From positions 5,327,812 to 5,391,811 of the forward strand of contig NC_092675.1 in assembly GCF_964355755.1 (NCBI RefSeq): a stretch of DNA of 64,000 nt. The letters run 5' to 3'. Shown here piece by piece: positions 12,101-25,973 of the stretch. Positions within the stretch are counted from its first letter, which is position 1. Each line of letters opens with the position of its first letter. The translations under genes and the position numbers were made by a program. Source of the stretch: Antedon mediterranea. Taxonomy: Eukaryota; Animalia; Echinodermata. The notes under the pieces are model-generated. The model did not search any database. It saw only the letters and a list, made by a program, of their open reading frames with translations, and was not told where the DNA came from.

Positions 12101-15100
12101 GTCAACAGATTGGTCACCAGATGTTACTACTGTAATACAGCCTGTGTTGTTTTGAAGGTGAAAGGTACATTTCTCATTTCCAGCTGTTGGTAAAAATAGA
12201 AATCATGTAGGCCTAAAATAAATTACTGGATCTATTAAGATGTTTACTTGAATAGACGTACTCTTCAAGTGAAGTTTAAGCTTTCTCTTATCAATACTTC
12301 TAAAGACAAGTTGACAACTTCCAGCCTCAACTAAAACAACTAAACCAGGGAGTTGTACAGCATACTGTAGGCTATAAGACTCAATTTAAACGTATGTATG
12401 CCATAACTACCCAGTGTAAAGAGTAGCTAACAACAATTACAAGTTAACATTCAAACTACAGTGAAATTTGCATCATCCAAGTAATACCAATCAAATGAGT
12501 GAGCACCAGAGCAAACCACCATCACGACATTTTTTTAGTAGGTTGAAATTTAGCATGCTAGAGGCTTTCAAATCAACTTTAGAGTGGTTTTAAGAATTTA
12601 ACTGGGTGACTCCTCCCATAACTTACCTACGATAAAGTAGTAGATGGGGTCAATAGTGTCATCATCATTTGCTTTAATGTACGCAATACAACTATCATTA
12701 TGCTGTTCTCCAGTTACATCTTCAGTTAATTGTACTTCTTGAACAGGAGGTTCAACAGGTCCACTGTCAGGTGGCTAAAGTAACAAAACAACCTCTGTCT
12801 ATTTTTTAAATACTTTTGATATATGTAAAATACTTAAAATACGAAAAACATAAACAAAACTTTAGGCTGCAGAGAAAGTTGTTGACAATCAACGTTGATA
12901 TAGATTATTGTAACAATTGTAAGGAATGAAATAAAAGTGAGTGAATCTCACAAAAGACAAACAAAAAGTAACAAAACAAAAATTCACAACTATAGCTCGC
13001 TAATGATACAAAATACAACTTTTAACTTTGATATCAAGAGTACAAATAACACCTAAAAAAGCTATAGAACAAGCAAAAACTGGGGCAATAGCTTTTGATT
13101 TACTACAGGTGAAATATATTACTACACATTATGACGATGAATTGTGTGAGGAAGGACAACCCATATTCTTGCATGTGCACAATGAACAAATGACGTAACA
13201 GTTCCTAGATTTACGTCAACGCAAACATTTAAAAACTCCTTTATCATATGCAAGAAAGTTGAGTTCCACTTTGGTAAGATAACTGGAGATTTCCTTATCA
13301 AGTAAAGAATTTACCTTCCAAAAATATGGTGGTTCATCTGGAACATCTATGACTTCGATGGTTATTACGGCTATAAAAAAAAAATTACATGATTTTCAAA
13401 TAATACAATCCTCAAAAATACTATTGCTTGCAGACAATGCAAAAATCTCTTCAAATCACATAACATAAAGGTAATTTTGTTTCATTCTCACATTAAAATT
13501 CATGACGTATATCTACATTGACTTTTTTTTCAGATTATAAGACAATTATTTCTATTTGAATTTGGCAATGTCACATGGTATATTTTACATCACTTCTGTT
13601 TCAGATTATAAGATATTTTGGGTTTGGCAATGTCAGATGTAGGTGGTTAAGCACAACCTATTTGGGAGACCAACATCACTGACCCTACTGGAGCTCTTAT
13701 CTACTACTAATACCTCTTTTCATGCCAGAGTTATCTCCATTTTTTACCATTAAAAATTCATAAAACATGAGTATTAGATAAAAACTGCCAAAAACCGATT
13801 GAAAATTAAAAAAAACTATAAGGACCTGAGTCTGTTTGTTTTATTCCATTGACATCTCTCACTTGGACTGTTAAACGATATTCTTGAACCTCTTCTTGGT
13901 CAAGTTTCAAGGTCAAGAGGAGTTCACCAGTTGAACTATTTAAGGTAAAGTGATCATTATGATACTCATCAATGGGAGCACCAATGGTGTTGAAGGCTTC
14001 AGTGTCCAGTATGGTGTACTCCAGTTGGGAGTTACTATCAGAGTCATTTGCCTTTATGATTGTGACAATGGAAGAAACATTTGTATCTATAAGGAATAAA
14101 CATACATTTTATTTCATTACCATTATCATTAAAAATCTATAAATAGAAAATTGTGTTGCTCTGAGGCCGTACACAACAACAACGCAAAACCATGACAAAA
14201 AAGGCCACAACATTCTCTTACAAATAATCAAAAACAAGGTTCTCATTTTTATCAAGTCAAAAAGAGATGATGCAAGAGAAAACTGACATTATGACTGAAG
14301 GACATAAGAAGCAGTTTTGTTTGATAGGTCTATTACTCTTTTCGTTTTATACCAGTAAATTGCCACAAGATAACTTACTTCTATATGGTATACAGTAGGT
14401 CTTCTAAGTATGCATACTATTTGTAAAATATTGTAGAAATATTGCTTAGGGTCCAGTTAATAACCAGAATTTGTTAAGGGACAAATTTCCACAAAAGGTG
14501 GAAACATTGTCATGTTAGGCATATTTTCCATAACTTTAATTTTAAACTCTAATTTCTTCAACAAAAAATAGTGGTGACATAATTTTAATGTTAATGTTGT
14601 TAGATTTATAAAGATTGTCTCAAAGAGTTGAGAGAAAAAACAGAAAAGAAATTACAAAGAAAAAAGATGGGTTTTTAAAATTACTATGATAGAGGATGCA
14701 TTTTTAATAGGATCAGGAAGGTTGTTCCACAGTTTAGGAGCTGCAACTGCCATAGGTCTTAAGGCGGCTAGGTGGAACAAAAGTGCAGATGGATTAGTGG
14801 TCGACCTAACATAGACACTGTATATACACTCATTTGTCTCTGAAGTCCAAACTTAACACTAACCTTCTCTTATGCTAACTTCAGAATCTTCTAATACTGG
14901 TAATTCATCATTATTGTCTAGAACAACTATATGCACCGTGCAGTTTCCACTTTTCGGATTGTCTCCTCGATCTGTTGCGATTATGGTTAAGTAGTAGTCT
15001 TTTGGTCCTCTATCCCAATCAAGATCACCAGACTTCCATATCTCTCCATGAATACGATCAATTAAAAACTTGCCATTAACTGCTTCATCACTCTGGATTT

Positions 15101-18100
15101 CATAATCAATCTGTTGGTTCTGATATTCAATGTCGGCGTCTGTTGCATTCACTGTCAGTATCAACTCTAAAATTTTGTAGATTATTTAATGGGTCAACAT
15201 TTTAAATAATGGAAATATAATTTGAATATCATTATCATCTGACATTTATTAACTTTGTTGATGGTTTAGAAGTTTTTCTTTTCAGTGTAATAATATTTAA
15301 GATTTGGTTTGATTTTCGGTATTCTTTCATACTGTATAATAATAGACATGTAACAAAAACAAACAAAACAAATGTAAGAATCTGATGTGTTGCATTCTGA
15401 GTCGTTCATCTACTATGTAACAGGAAGAAAACATACATACTTTACATTAAAATTAAAATGCATAAATGTCTTTTCAATTGTTTTTTATGATTTTCACTAT
15501 CATCATAATTATCCCAGCAAACTCAGTAGTTATCACCATTCACTATGATCATTTTAGTATATTTTCAGTGTTTTGCAAAATATTCTCTTACCTCCATTTG
15601 GGGCTGTTTCATTTATTTTCCCTTCATAAACGTTTTTGTTAAAAATTGGTGCATTATCATTTTCATCCTATGAAAAAAATATCAATATTTTGTTTCTTGA
15701 TTGAGAGAGATTGCAGGAACGTAACAAATCATGAAAACTCTGCTCTTTGAACTTAACATTTCTCTTTGAAATAATAAAAGTGTTCAGAAAGGTAAAATGC
15801 ATTTGTTATGATTATCTAGGCTAAGCATTGCTATAACAAATTAACAGAAATTCATAGTAAACCCTTACCCCAATTCTAATTTCAATTGTAACGTTAGTTG
15901 ACATCGATGGTGTTCCAAAATCTTCAGCAATCACATCAAGTTTATAAGAACGTTTAGTTTCGTAATCAGCAGCCAAAATTTGAAAAATGTCACCAGATTC
16001 CTTATTGATTGTAAATATTGAACTGTTGTCACTTAAACGATATGCAATACGCCCATTTGTAGTGTCATTTATGTCCGCATCTGTAAACTAACAATAAGCA
16101 TTTATTTCCTATAGTTTTATTTAAAATTTGGTATAATAGCTTTTTGAAAACAGGTAACTAGTCTTACAAAAGAAAATTGTGTGCACACGACATATAGAGA
16201 ATATGTGTCTTTTTAATTTTAATAAAACAGAATCTTGGATGTGAATAATTATTCTCATTCCTGGCAATTCCAGGCCAGTAGGCAAGTCAGTCACAGGTTA
16301 TTCTTTATTCTCCTACAGTTACATTATTTATTTTAAGAGATACCTGTAACTTTCTGGTTACTTACTTGTACTTTAGCCACTGGTATAGAACTATTAAAAT
16401 TAGGACCTTCTAACACACTGGAAGATGTAAAAGTAGTTCCCATGTACTCTGGATAATTGTCATTTTCATCTGTAAGATCAATCTTAAGCAGCACTGTGTT
16501 AGCAAGGTTGCCATCATCCGTGGCTTGATACGTAAAGAAATAACTTAACTTCCCTTGTTCAACATCAAATGGGCATTCCCCAGACACAGTAACAATTCCA
16601 TAATATGGAGAAACATTAAAACTAATAAAATACAATAGGAAACACAAATTGATGTTGGATGTGTGTTGAAATAAAATTCTATTTTCAATTGAAATCCATG
16701 CTTCTAACTCTAAGACACTGTCTACACTAACAAACTTTATGTGACAACAAATGTGATGTGCCTATATATGGACATTACAGTACTACCTCATTTAGGCACA
16801 TCACACTTATTTTGTCAAACTACAGACAGACAGAGCTTATATTTACTTTATTCCTCTTTCACATTGTCTAACTCCAGATTTTACCCACACTAAACAAAAC
16901 GAGAGTTTCCAGAGTTTTGAAAGGATTAGTATTCCCTTTATTAACATTTACAGCATTACATAAGGAGCCAAATGTCAAAAACCCATGTATCACAATACAC
17001 ATATATTAAGCATAAGATTAGAGATCTGATTCATATCAATAGAATTTAATAGATTTTGTTATTCTTCTTACCAATCATTGTCTGACCCAGTTCCAGTAAG
17101 TTTGTATGTAATGCTTTTTGTAATACTATCTTCATCTGTTGCCTGAAATTAATTATATACAGCATAACATAATAATATTTTCTTTTTTACTTCACAGTAC
17201 AGTCAACCAATACTGGACTCTATAAAAACCAGAAAATCCCCAAAACCGGACTTTTCTTGAGGTCAAAATGTCCCATATTCATTTTTACCATTAGAAACAC
17301 ATTCCGGATACCAGACTTTTCAGAAAACTATGCATAATAGGCTAGCCCAAGGTGTCCGGTATTAAGAAAGTTGACTGTATTCCCATCATGTTGGTGTAGT
17401 ACCTGATCGGCTCAAATCCAACATAATATATATTTACCGTAATAGTAATTACATATGATCCATTATTAGAGTCTTCAGGAATTTCAACTTCGTAAGAAGT
17501 CTTCGCAAATTGTGGAATGTTGTCATTAAGATCTTGGAGTTGTATTAAAACTGTACCAACACTAAACCTAGACGTATCTGACGCATCGGTTGCATTTATC
17601 TGAAATATAACAACAATCATCAATACCAATATTTATTTTATTATTATCATAATTACTGTAAATATAAAAAACTATAGATTTTTTTTAAATTAGGAGAGCA
17701 CCAAGGAAATTTAATGCAAAAATAATGTAAAATTTGGATAAAAAATAAATAAAATTAATATACAGAAATATGTATGTATTTAAAATTGAGCATAAAAAAA
17801 CCATTTATCTCACTTGTAAAGATATATTATTGTTTCCTTTCTCAAAATCTAATAGCGTTTGTACTGTCAACACCACTGTTGCTTCAGATGTATACACATT
17901 GTCCGCATCTCTTAAAGCAAATGTACCATTCCCACCATCAAGAGAAAATGAAAATTGATTGTTTCCGCTCTTTAAAAAACAAATTGCTAGTATTAATTAC
18001 GGTGTGGAAATCGAAATTTATAGATTTTCAGTACTATATCAAAATAAAATGTAAAATTTGGCAAAATCCCTGCAATGATACGTCCCAGCTGGCATTTCAT

Positions 18101-21100
18101 TCATTTTCTTGTTATTGATGTAAACCCATTCCGCACCTCTGCATCAACAGGTTTGAAATTATTTATCAGAGGTTTGATATTATTCCCCAGTTTATATCTT
18201 TCAGTCTTTTTGGGAAACCATAGCTTTTGACTTAACAAATAATTTTGGCAAAACATTGGCGATGTATTTTTTATTGTTTATCATTCAAACAATGGTAAAA
18301 ACCAAATTAAAATAATTGATAATTCACTCACTCAATTCAGTCTCAAACTGAGATAAACACACATTTTACAACAAAAATAGTTTGATTTTCAAAAGATAAA
18401 ATCATATCTTATTGGAACTAGAACTAAGAGATACAATGAGATATGACATTGTATGGGTGCATACATATGCTTTTCACATATATCCTTTTCCAAGTATCAA
18501 CAACATGATGCAAAAATACATGTAATCAATCCATATGCTGTAGTTTAATACCACTATATTTACCTCATCTACATCTTTAACTATCATATCGAGGTAAATG
18601 AGATTGCCTTCTGGTGTGTTTTCATCAAGTTGGTAAACTTCAATTTCTGGACTAAACACTGGAACATTATCATTTACATCTATAATTGTTACTATAACCT
18701 CTGTTTCACTAGTCTGATTGGTTCCTTCTTCAGTAGCCTGCAAAAAATTGAGAAAGAACTACTGTATCTACTGAACAGGTACAAAAATGTAACCTACAGT
18801 AGAATAGCTACCATTATAGAAACAATTTGAAATAGCTCACAAAAGCCATGATATTGAAAGCCGAGACTCCAGGTACTGTAGCCAAAGGCATCCTGGAAAC
18901 GATTAAAATTGTGTTGATATCTTAGAGCCCAGGTAGTCACAATATCTTGGTATAGTCCAGGTGGTACTAATATCTTTGAACAGCCAAGGTAGCCTTACCA
19001 GCTGAAGTACTACCGTAGTTCTGAGTTAGACTTGGTTCCCACTAGAACATAACGCAAGGACGTAAACGCAACGCAAGCGTTTTAACCAATGACAAGCGAA
19101 GTTATAGACAGTTAGCAATCACAAGCGAATAAGCCATCGCTTGTGATTGGTCAATTCACTTGCGTTGCGTTACGTCCTTGTGTTGCGTCGCTTGTGGGAA
19201 CCAAGCTTAAGTATAGCAGTGAAGCCTTGGCTTTCCAAACAATACCAGCAACTCTCCTCAAAAACAAAACTCTGTAAGGTTCCTAATAAAACATTTTGTT
19301 AAGCTCAACTGTCTGAACACTGGTCAATATAGAATATTTTTTTTAACCACATAAAACTCCAAGAAAGCAGGAAGCCGTTTGCCATTTTCCCCCTGCCTGG
19401 GTAGTAATTTCTTAGCATAGCATTTAACTATGAACACATCTTCAAATATCCTACACATTATAACCAGGGAGTTGCAACTCCCTGTTATAACTAACCAGCA
19501 TTAAATAGAAAGTGCTTTCAAACCTGTACTTTGATAGTGAATCCATTTTCAGTCATATTTTCTTTATCAATTGGATTTTCAATAAATATTTGCCCACTAG
19601 TTTTATTTACAGTAAAGTGGCCAGAAGTTTCTAAAATAAAGAGGAAGATAATTGTAAGTTTTTAAATGATATTAAAAATGTCTATAGGCCTACTGTTAAC
19701 AATATTGATAGACAAGAGAAAAGAATTAAGGAGACAATAAAAAAAACAGAAGAAACCTAATATTTAACACTCACCATTTACTAATGTGTACACTATGTTG
19801 TTTTTTATTTCTACACCCTTATCCCCATCAACTGCGTCTATTACAAATACTTCTGTTCCCTAAATAAAACAACATAATGCACATATATTTACATCAGAGG
19901 TGAATTGGATATTTTCACTGCTGGTATTATTGTAAAATAGAATGCTGACTTTTGTATTTAAATTGTTAATGTTGTCATATTTATATAGCACTTTTAACAG
20001 TCAGCATATTACAATGCACTTACAATAAAAAATGAGATTTAAAGAGACAAATTGTAATATATTATTATACATACTTTTGGTTTATTTTCATCTAATTTAG
20101 TGCTATACGGCAGATTTCTAAATTCAGGTGGAACATCGTTAAAGTCTTGAATTAAAATACGAATTGTTGCTAAATCCTTAGCAGAATTGCTAGGAGTTCC
20201 AGAATCCTTAAAAGTAGAAACAAAATGTTTTTACATTTTTTTAAATTCAGACTTTTTCATTCATTTATAAAACATGTAAATCAAAAGTAAAAAAACAGTG
20301 CTATATACACACCAATGTTAATATCAAATCTGGTAAAACTATTAAAGATGTATTGTCTGCCAAAAACATGAAAAATGAAGATTAATTACGGTAAATCAGA
20401 CTTTGAAAAGGTTATTTTGTAGTTTTAAACAAGTTAATCACTTCCATAGACAAAAATTTTGTGTTCACTTAGAAAAAGACAAAATAAATGGTTAAATCCA
20501 ATTTTTTCAGGTAAATACATATTTTTTCAATCCAATTTTTTGTAAAAGTGGATAACTATTATAGGACATTAAAATGGCATATTGAACAAATAAATATTTA
20601 AGAATTATTTTTTAGGAAAAGTTTTATTGGTCATATAAAACAGAAAAAATGTTAAAGTGCACAAAAAAATTACACAGTTTTGTTTAAAAAAAAGTTACCG
20701 TTGCATTTGCCATGAGTGTATAAATAACTTCATTTTCATAGTCTAACATATCAGAGTCCTTCACTATTAAGGTACCATTACTTTGCATCTCAAAAACCTA
20801 GAAAGAATACATATTAGCATTTTGAAGAAAGTTGCTGAATTGTGTTCTACATGCATTATAGACCTGATCCACTATACTTAGGTAGCAGAATTTGCAATGC
20901 CTTGTTCCCTCCTAATTCTTCTTTCTTAGACCTACAGAGTAAGTAGCGAATGAACCAGGCAGAAAACCAACTACCAATCTGGAGTTCATCATAGTACCAA
21001 AAGTGGTAGTAGCACAGAACCAGAGGTAAACTTCACACTGGAGTTCCTATTATAAAACTATTTAATATAACTACTAAATAGTTAAAAAAAATATACCTGT

Positions 21101-24100
21101 GAATCTTGAGTGAGTGAGTATGTAATAACACCATTATCTTCTGAATCAATATCAGTAGCATGTACAACGTCAACAACATGACCATTTGTAGAATTCTATA
21201 AACAATACATAACACATGTTACAGTATCATGAATAGTGGAGCACTGAAAAATGTTTTAGTTTAGAAGCCTAAATAAAATGCACATTTTCACTGCAAAACA
21301 TGCTCAGCGAGTGTCATTTTACTCCTTTCACATAATTTTGAATGCGTTAAATATTTAAACTACATTAAATACAAATAGTAAAATAATAAACCTTTCATCT
21401 TTCTCAAAAAAAATGAAATTATTGGTACCATTGCATGAATATAAAAACATTATTTAATACTCAATTGAAGAATAAAATATTTGGTGAATTAATATCAATT
21501 ATCAATTTTAGTTACTGTGTATGTGGAACTTTTTATCTGCATAACCAACAAAAAAAAGGAATTGTAATGGGCTTTGTTATGTTTATTTTTTTTCAACAGT
21601 TGAACAAATAAAAAGTGTCGCTTGGGTTTGAAATTATTAATATAAATGTAAGGGTGTGTGGCGCAGTGTGTTGGACTACTGATCGTGAGATCGCGGTTCG
21701 AATCCAACACTGCCGCATTGCTTGTATCCTTAGGCAAGATACTTTACTTACGTTTACCTCTCTCCACCCAGGTGTATAAATAGGTAACCTGTTAGATCAA
21801 GACACAACTTTGCGATGATTACTAGCTGCATTATTATGGGAGTATGTTTCCATACATGTTTGAATTACCGGGGTAATAATGTTCAGAGGTTTCGCAACAT
21901 TATGCGCTATATAAATCCAGGATATTTTATTAAAGTAAACCTACTTCGAACAAATTAAATGTGTAGATAAGTTCGTTAAACACAGGATAGTTGTCATTGA
22001 GATCATTTAAATAGACCTTAATGTTGCCATATGTAACCTGGAAAATATAAAAGAAGATAAAAAACATGTGTGATTGACTGTAATAACATTTTAAAGAACT
22101 AAAAATGCAAATCCATAGGCAACAGCAAGGATAGATTTCATGATACGTTCACACTGAAGATAGTCACCATTAAAACAAACATTTTGTGGACAACCATAAA
22201 CTTGAAAAAGCTTCTTTTCTTTCAATTATAAAATAACAGTTTTTATTTATGGACAACTTTATTTAGAGGCTAAATAGTTGGAGAACTATCAGATGTGGCT
22301 ATAGTACTTTTGAGTTAACCATGAGGCAAGGATCTAATGATGTGAGAAACTATGTTACAAAATATGTTGAACTCACCGTATTAGTACCATCATCTAAATT
22401 CCATGTAATCTGAAATTTGTTTGATGACTAAACAAAAATAAATAAATATCAAAGTAAAATATACATTTTAAACTATATATATATTAAGTAGCAATAAGCA
22501 ATGTTTTATATTTTCTGTGAGTCTATTATGTGAAGTGCCTTTAAGCATGTGAATTCATGAAGGGCGTTATGGAAATGAGGTATTTATTATTAGAAAAAAT
22601 TGTTTATAATGATTCACCAATTTATAATAAGAGATAGATGATGCAAGGGTAAAGAATTAGATTTGTTTGTAAGAAAACACATGTTTCAGACCTGTGAACA
22701 TCCTCCTTTGGCTTTTGGTGACCGTAAACTAATCACAAACTAATCTTTCAAAGATGGTGTGAATTATACTGATTGATTTGGATATGAAATAAAATTATTG
22801 CCTAATTAATATATGTTGAAACTTAAAATTTATACCTCATAGTTTGGCTTTTGTTTAAATGACACATTCCCATTACTTGGTTCAACATAAAACCAATCAT
22901 AACCATCTTCAAACCCATCATCTCGAGTAAAACTTTGCTTTATATAAAACGTCACAGTATCACCTGCATCTGGATCAACAGCTACAAGAGTGTAAATAGT
23001 TTCACCTGAAGAAAATAAAGCATTAACTTATAACTATAAGTTTGTTATCTATTCAATCTAATTTAATATGTTTGAGCAATATTTAAAAAATAATAGTTGG
23101 AGATCAGCAACAGTACGATTGCTGGTTATATAGTCCATATTGACCGTTGTTCATTTTCTTCATTGCACAACAAATATCACGTTCAATTCACTCACTGTAA
23201 TGTATGAATCAGTAACATTACCAAAAAGGTCGTCTCTTAATCCCTGGAAGTTTTACTAAACCTCAGATAGCTTACCTAAACCCTTAATTAAAACCAAATG
23301 TTATCTCTTTTATCAAATAGTTTCTATTCTTGAGGATGCCCTACAGTATTTAAAAAAACAACCTTGTGCACATTACACAATTTTGGTAGTGAGCGAGTCT
23401 GTCACACATTCTCTCCGATCCTTTCCACATCCAAAATTACCCTCTGCAACAATTATTTCACATACCTGTGTTTGTATTTTCATCAAAATATTCTCCATCC
23501 ATATCTAGATAGTTACCGCCTTGACAGTTAGGAGACGTATTGGAACACTTGAAATAAGGTAAAGCACCATAGCAACCTGATAACATAGAACTTCAAATTT
23601 ACTGACTTATATCGGTACAACATTTTTTGTTATTCAATTTCTTAGTAATTTTAAAGACGTAGTCCTTGAAAAAATAATGTTGTTTTTAATGTCACAATTA
23701 TAGTTTGGTTGCATTTAACTGTTTATTTCGTCTTTTTATATAAAAACAAACCTATTATTTTTCCTTGATTTTTTACAGCAGATATGATTTTTTTTTCAGC
23801 ATTGTTAGTGTAAGTAGGTACACATTTTTGGCAAAAGCAGGAGCACCAAATGTGAGAATATATTTATCTTTTTTCTATAGCTGACAATTTCAAGTTAAGT
23901 ATTGATAATTTGAATATTATAACTTGCCAACATATTACAATTAGGCCTACATTAAGTGTATTTAGCTGAGAGAACTCCACTCAATATGACAGTATGCCTG
24001 AAACATTGGTTTTGACCATTTACACTATTCTAATTATTGTACAACTTATAAGAAAACATCTATCTATACATACAATTAGTAAGGTAAAGTAATCCAATGA

Positions 24101-24468
24101 TATAGATTGACTTCAACATTATATCAGCCACTGTTTTACTTGATTCCTATGTATGATAAAAAATGAATTATTCATAAACAAAATATTGGTACAATAAAAT
24201 ACTGAAAAGGGAACAAACTAGTGCTAGATTTTATAAATTTGATATTGTGAATTCATGCACCTAACCTAAAGTATGTTAAATTAATCAATGGCAATATAGT
24301 AATCCAGATATATTTACATATTTGTACAATATGTATTGGAAAACATTTCTAAAACTTATATAATTCATCTAGCATCATCCAGTACCTGAGTTAGTTAAAT
24401 TTCTTACCTAATATTCTCTCCAAAATCGCAGATAGGTTAACGATAAAGCAAATTTGTGTAATTTCCAT
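6150..24468 (-). CDS. Cadherin-related protein of the CDH23/CDHR2/Cad87A group: signal peptide, 10 EC repeats, membrane-adjacent domain, TM, short tail ending -VTDV; about 1408 aa, 32 coding exons
   Basis: Phase-consistent exons (high to low): 24468-24408, 23576-23466, 23005-22836, 22427-22377, 22037-21945, 21195-21097, 20797-20699, 20206-20075, 19859-19775, 19630-19524, 18737-18564, 17969-17814, 17599-17438, 17142-17072, 16621-16366, 16087-15869, 15667-15592, 15166-14864, 14086-13826, 13370-13315, 12774-12627, 12183-11887, 10765-10649, 10236-10073, 9740-9649, 9479-9393, 9029-8961, 8590-8524, 8199-8069 (TM WFFFTFSFVLIFILSLWVIAFVFW), 7188-7093, 6837-6799, 6327-6150 (TAA). Calcium-binding motifs DxNDNxP, LDYE/DRE and AxDxD recur; juxtamembrane segment GNATEYLINIDYITVHLD...TDMRIHG and tail motif GTNKF...NP resemble CDH23/Cad87A. 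The first exon is the least certain. Confidence 0.9.
7261..7905. mobile_element. Non-autonomous DNA transposon with about 85-bp TIRs and TTAA ends (Kolobok- or piggyBac-like)
   Basis: TTAAAGGACAACTTT...TTAGGGATGTACATA...CAGAACAATCGCGA at the left is mirrored by TCGCGATTGTTCTGAAA...TATGTACATCCCTAA...AAAGTTGTCCTTTAA at the right; no ORF inside. Confidence 0.8.
10787..11796. repeat. Tandem array, 4 x 253 bp, in a cadherin intron
   Basis: Units start at 10787, 11040, 11293, 11546; near-identical with a few unit-specific substitutions and a 4-nt insertion in unit 4. Confidence 0.97.
16711..16839. mobile_element. High-copy MITE family (AGCTCTGTCTACACTATCAAAC...GTTTGATAGTGTAGACAGAGCT), degenerate copy
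   Basis: Same TIR and internal CACTACCATATTTGGGCA units as copies at 30704, 31599, 41864, 48753, 52024, 52205, 56361, 63888. Confidence 0.7.
17198..17379. mobile_element. Tc1/mariner-type MITE (TA-CAGTCAAC...GTTGACTG-TA)
   Basis: Inverted termini CAGTCAAC/GTTGACTG flanked by TA; related reverse copy at 25334-25520. Confidence 0.7.
19028..19209. mobile_element. Palindromic MITE, copy 2 of the 1167-1318 family
   Basis: CTTGGTTCCCACTAG...GTGGGAACCAAGCTT termini with GCAACGCAAG and ACCAATCACAAGC internal symmetry. Confidence 0.8.
20342..20620. mobile_element. MITE of the TTAAAGATGTATTG family, degenerate
   Basis: Colinear with 25974-26292. Confidence 0.6.
21648..21930 (+). mobile_element. tRNA-derived SINE with CORE-like domain and L2-like tail, copy 1
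   Basis: A box TGGCGCAGTGTG, B box GGTTCGAATCC, CORE-like GTATCCTTAGGCAAGATACTTTAC...CCACCCAGGTGTATAAAT, tail GCGCTATATAAAT; copies at 37183-37495 and 52748-53072. Confidence 0.85.
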
Positions 24469-25333
24469 TAGAAGTTCCTGTTCCAATAGTTGCCCTTTGA
24501 ACTCCAGCTTTATTTGTAGGGTTAATCAATGAGCAAAGTCTAAGTGATAAACTTAGTAAATACATTTGGAGTACCTACCATAATGAATGCTGTAGATAGA
24601 TATAGATCATTTTCAACAACAAAAAAATGTGTTAAAGATAACTGAAATAACTGAATGTTTTTACTGCTAACTAATCTACCAAACAAACAGCCATCAGAAC
24701 CCAACCCAACTAAAGTAAACAAATGTAGGCAATCCACAAGCAACATCAACCAATAACAATATCTAAAAAACTGCTCAAATCAGGTTGGAGAAAATATATC
24801 ATGCTGTTTTATTATTACACTTTTTATGTATTTTTTTACATGTTTTTACACGCAATTTGGCCACGAGATGTAAATTGGTTAGTATTTTTGAAATAAATAT
24901 CAGGCAAATAAATACATTAGAAATTAAACACTGATCAGATAAGTTGCATAAAATGATGGAAAAATAAAAAAAATATATATGAATGAACGTACATGAAGTA
25001 AACAAGAAGCATGCAGTAACAGTTTATGATACATTATCATATGGTTTAACAATTTGTATTCTTGCAAACAATTTTGAGCTATTGAAGCAAAATAACTGTT
25101 TAGATTAAATAAAACAGGGATAACTCCAAATATATAGACAAGAATTCAATGTATTGAACTATTTGATCAATTTGAAGAATCTGATGAGTGCGGTTCAACT
25201 CTTTTGATTTGCAAACCTAGAACTAAATGTTAATTCTTTATGTGCATGCATGGACATTGAGACAGACGCTTCCACAGTCAAGACAATGACGCGCATATAG
25301 GTTCTAGGGCAATGCAAATCAAAAGCTTCGTAA

Positions 25334-25520
25334 TACAGTCAACTATCCCAATGGCGGACACTTTTGGGCTGGACAAATATGTCTGGTTTTCTGGAAAGTC
25401 TGGAATTCAGAATGTGCTTTAGATGGTAAAGAGGTATTTGGGACATTTTGGACTTTGAGAAAATTCTGGTTTGGGGAGAGTTTCTGGTTTTCAGAGAGTC
25501 CGGTATTTGGAGAGTTGACA
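25334..25520. mobile_element. Tc1/mariner-type MITE, copy 2
   Basis: TACAGTCAACT...CCGGTATTTGGAGAGTTGAC; reverse-complement similarity to 17198-17379. Confidence 0.65.
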
Positions 25521-25973
25521 CTATAGGCCTATTTATAAATATATAATATAATACACAAAAATGACAAATTAATTTTGAATTTGAATACCGCAAATTTGAA
25601 TACCGCAACATTATATATAAAGAAGATATTCATGTAAGCAACTTTGTAATTTCAACAAAGAAAAAATATAAACTGCAATTTAATATGAATGACTTTGTAA
25701 CTTTATTCAAACTGAATCAGATTGTCATTAAAATCATTGTCAGTACAAAAATCAACAAGTGTTAGTAAAACAAATACAAAATATTATGAATTAAACAGAA
25801 CAGCAGACCTGTTAACCAAGACTTTTTAAAAGGGTTCCCTGAGAACTACTGTAAGGACAGGATATAACAGTATAGAAGGCTTACAATATTTGCAATACAT
25901 TAAAGTCACCAAAAACTTTTTGGATTGCCTCCTTGTTCTTGATTACAAGCCTAAAAAACATGTTATTATTCTT

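Noticed and set aside
21648-21720. tRNA genes at the SINE heads (also 1826, 37183, 52748, 44475)
   Set aside because: A and B boxes are present but there is no complete cloverleaf or acceptor stem; they are SINE or captured heads.
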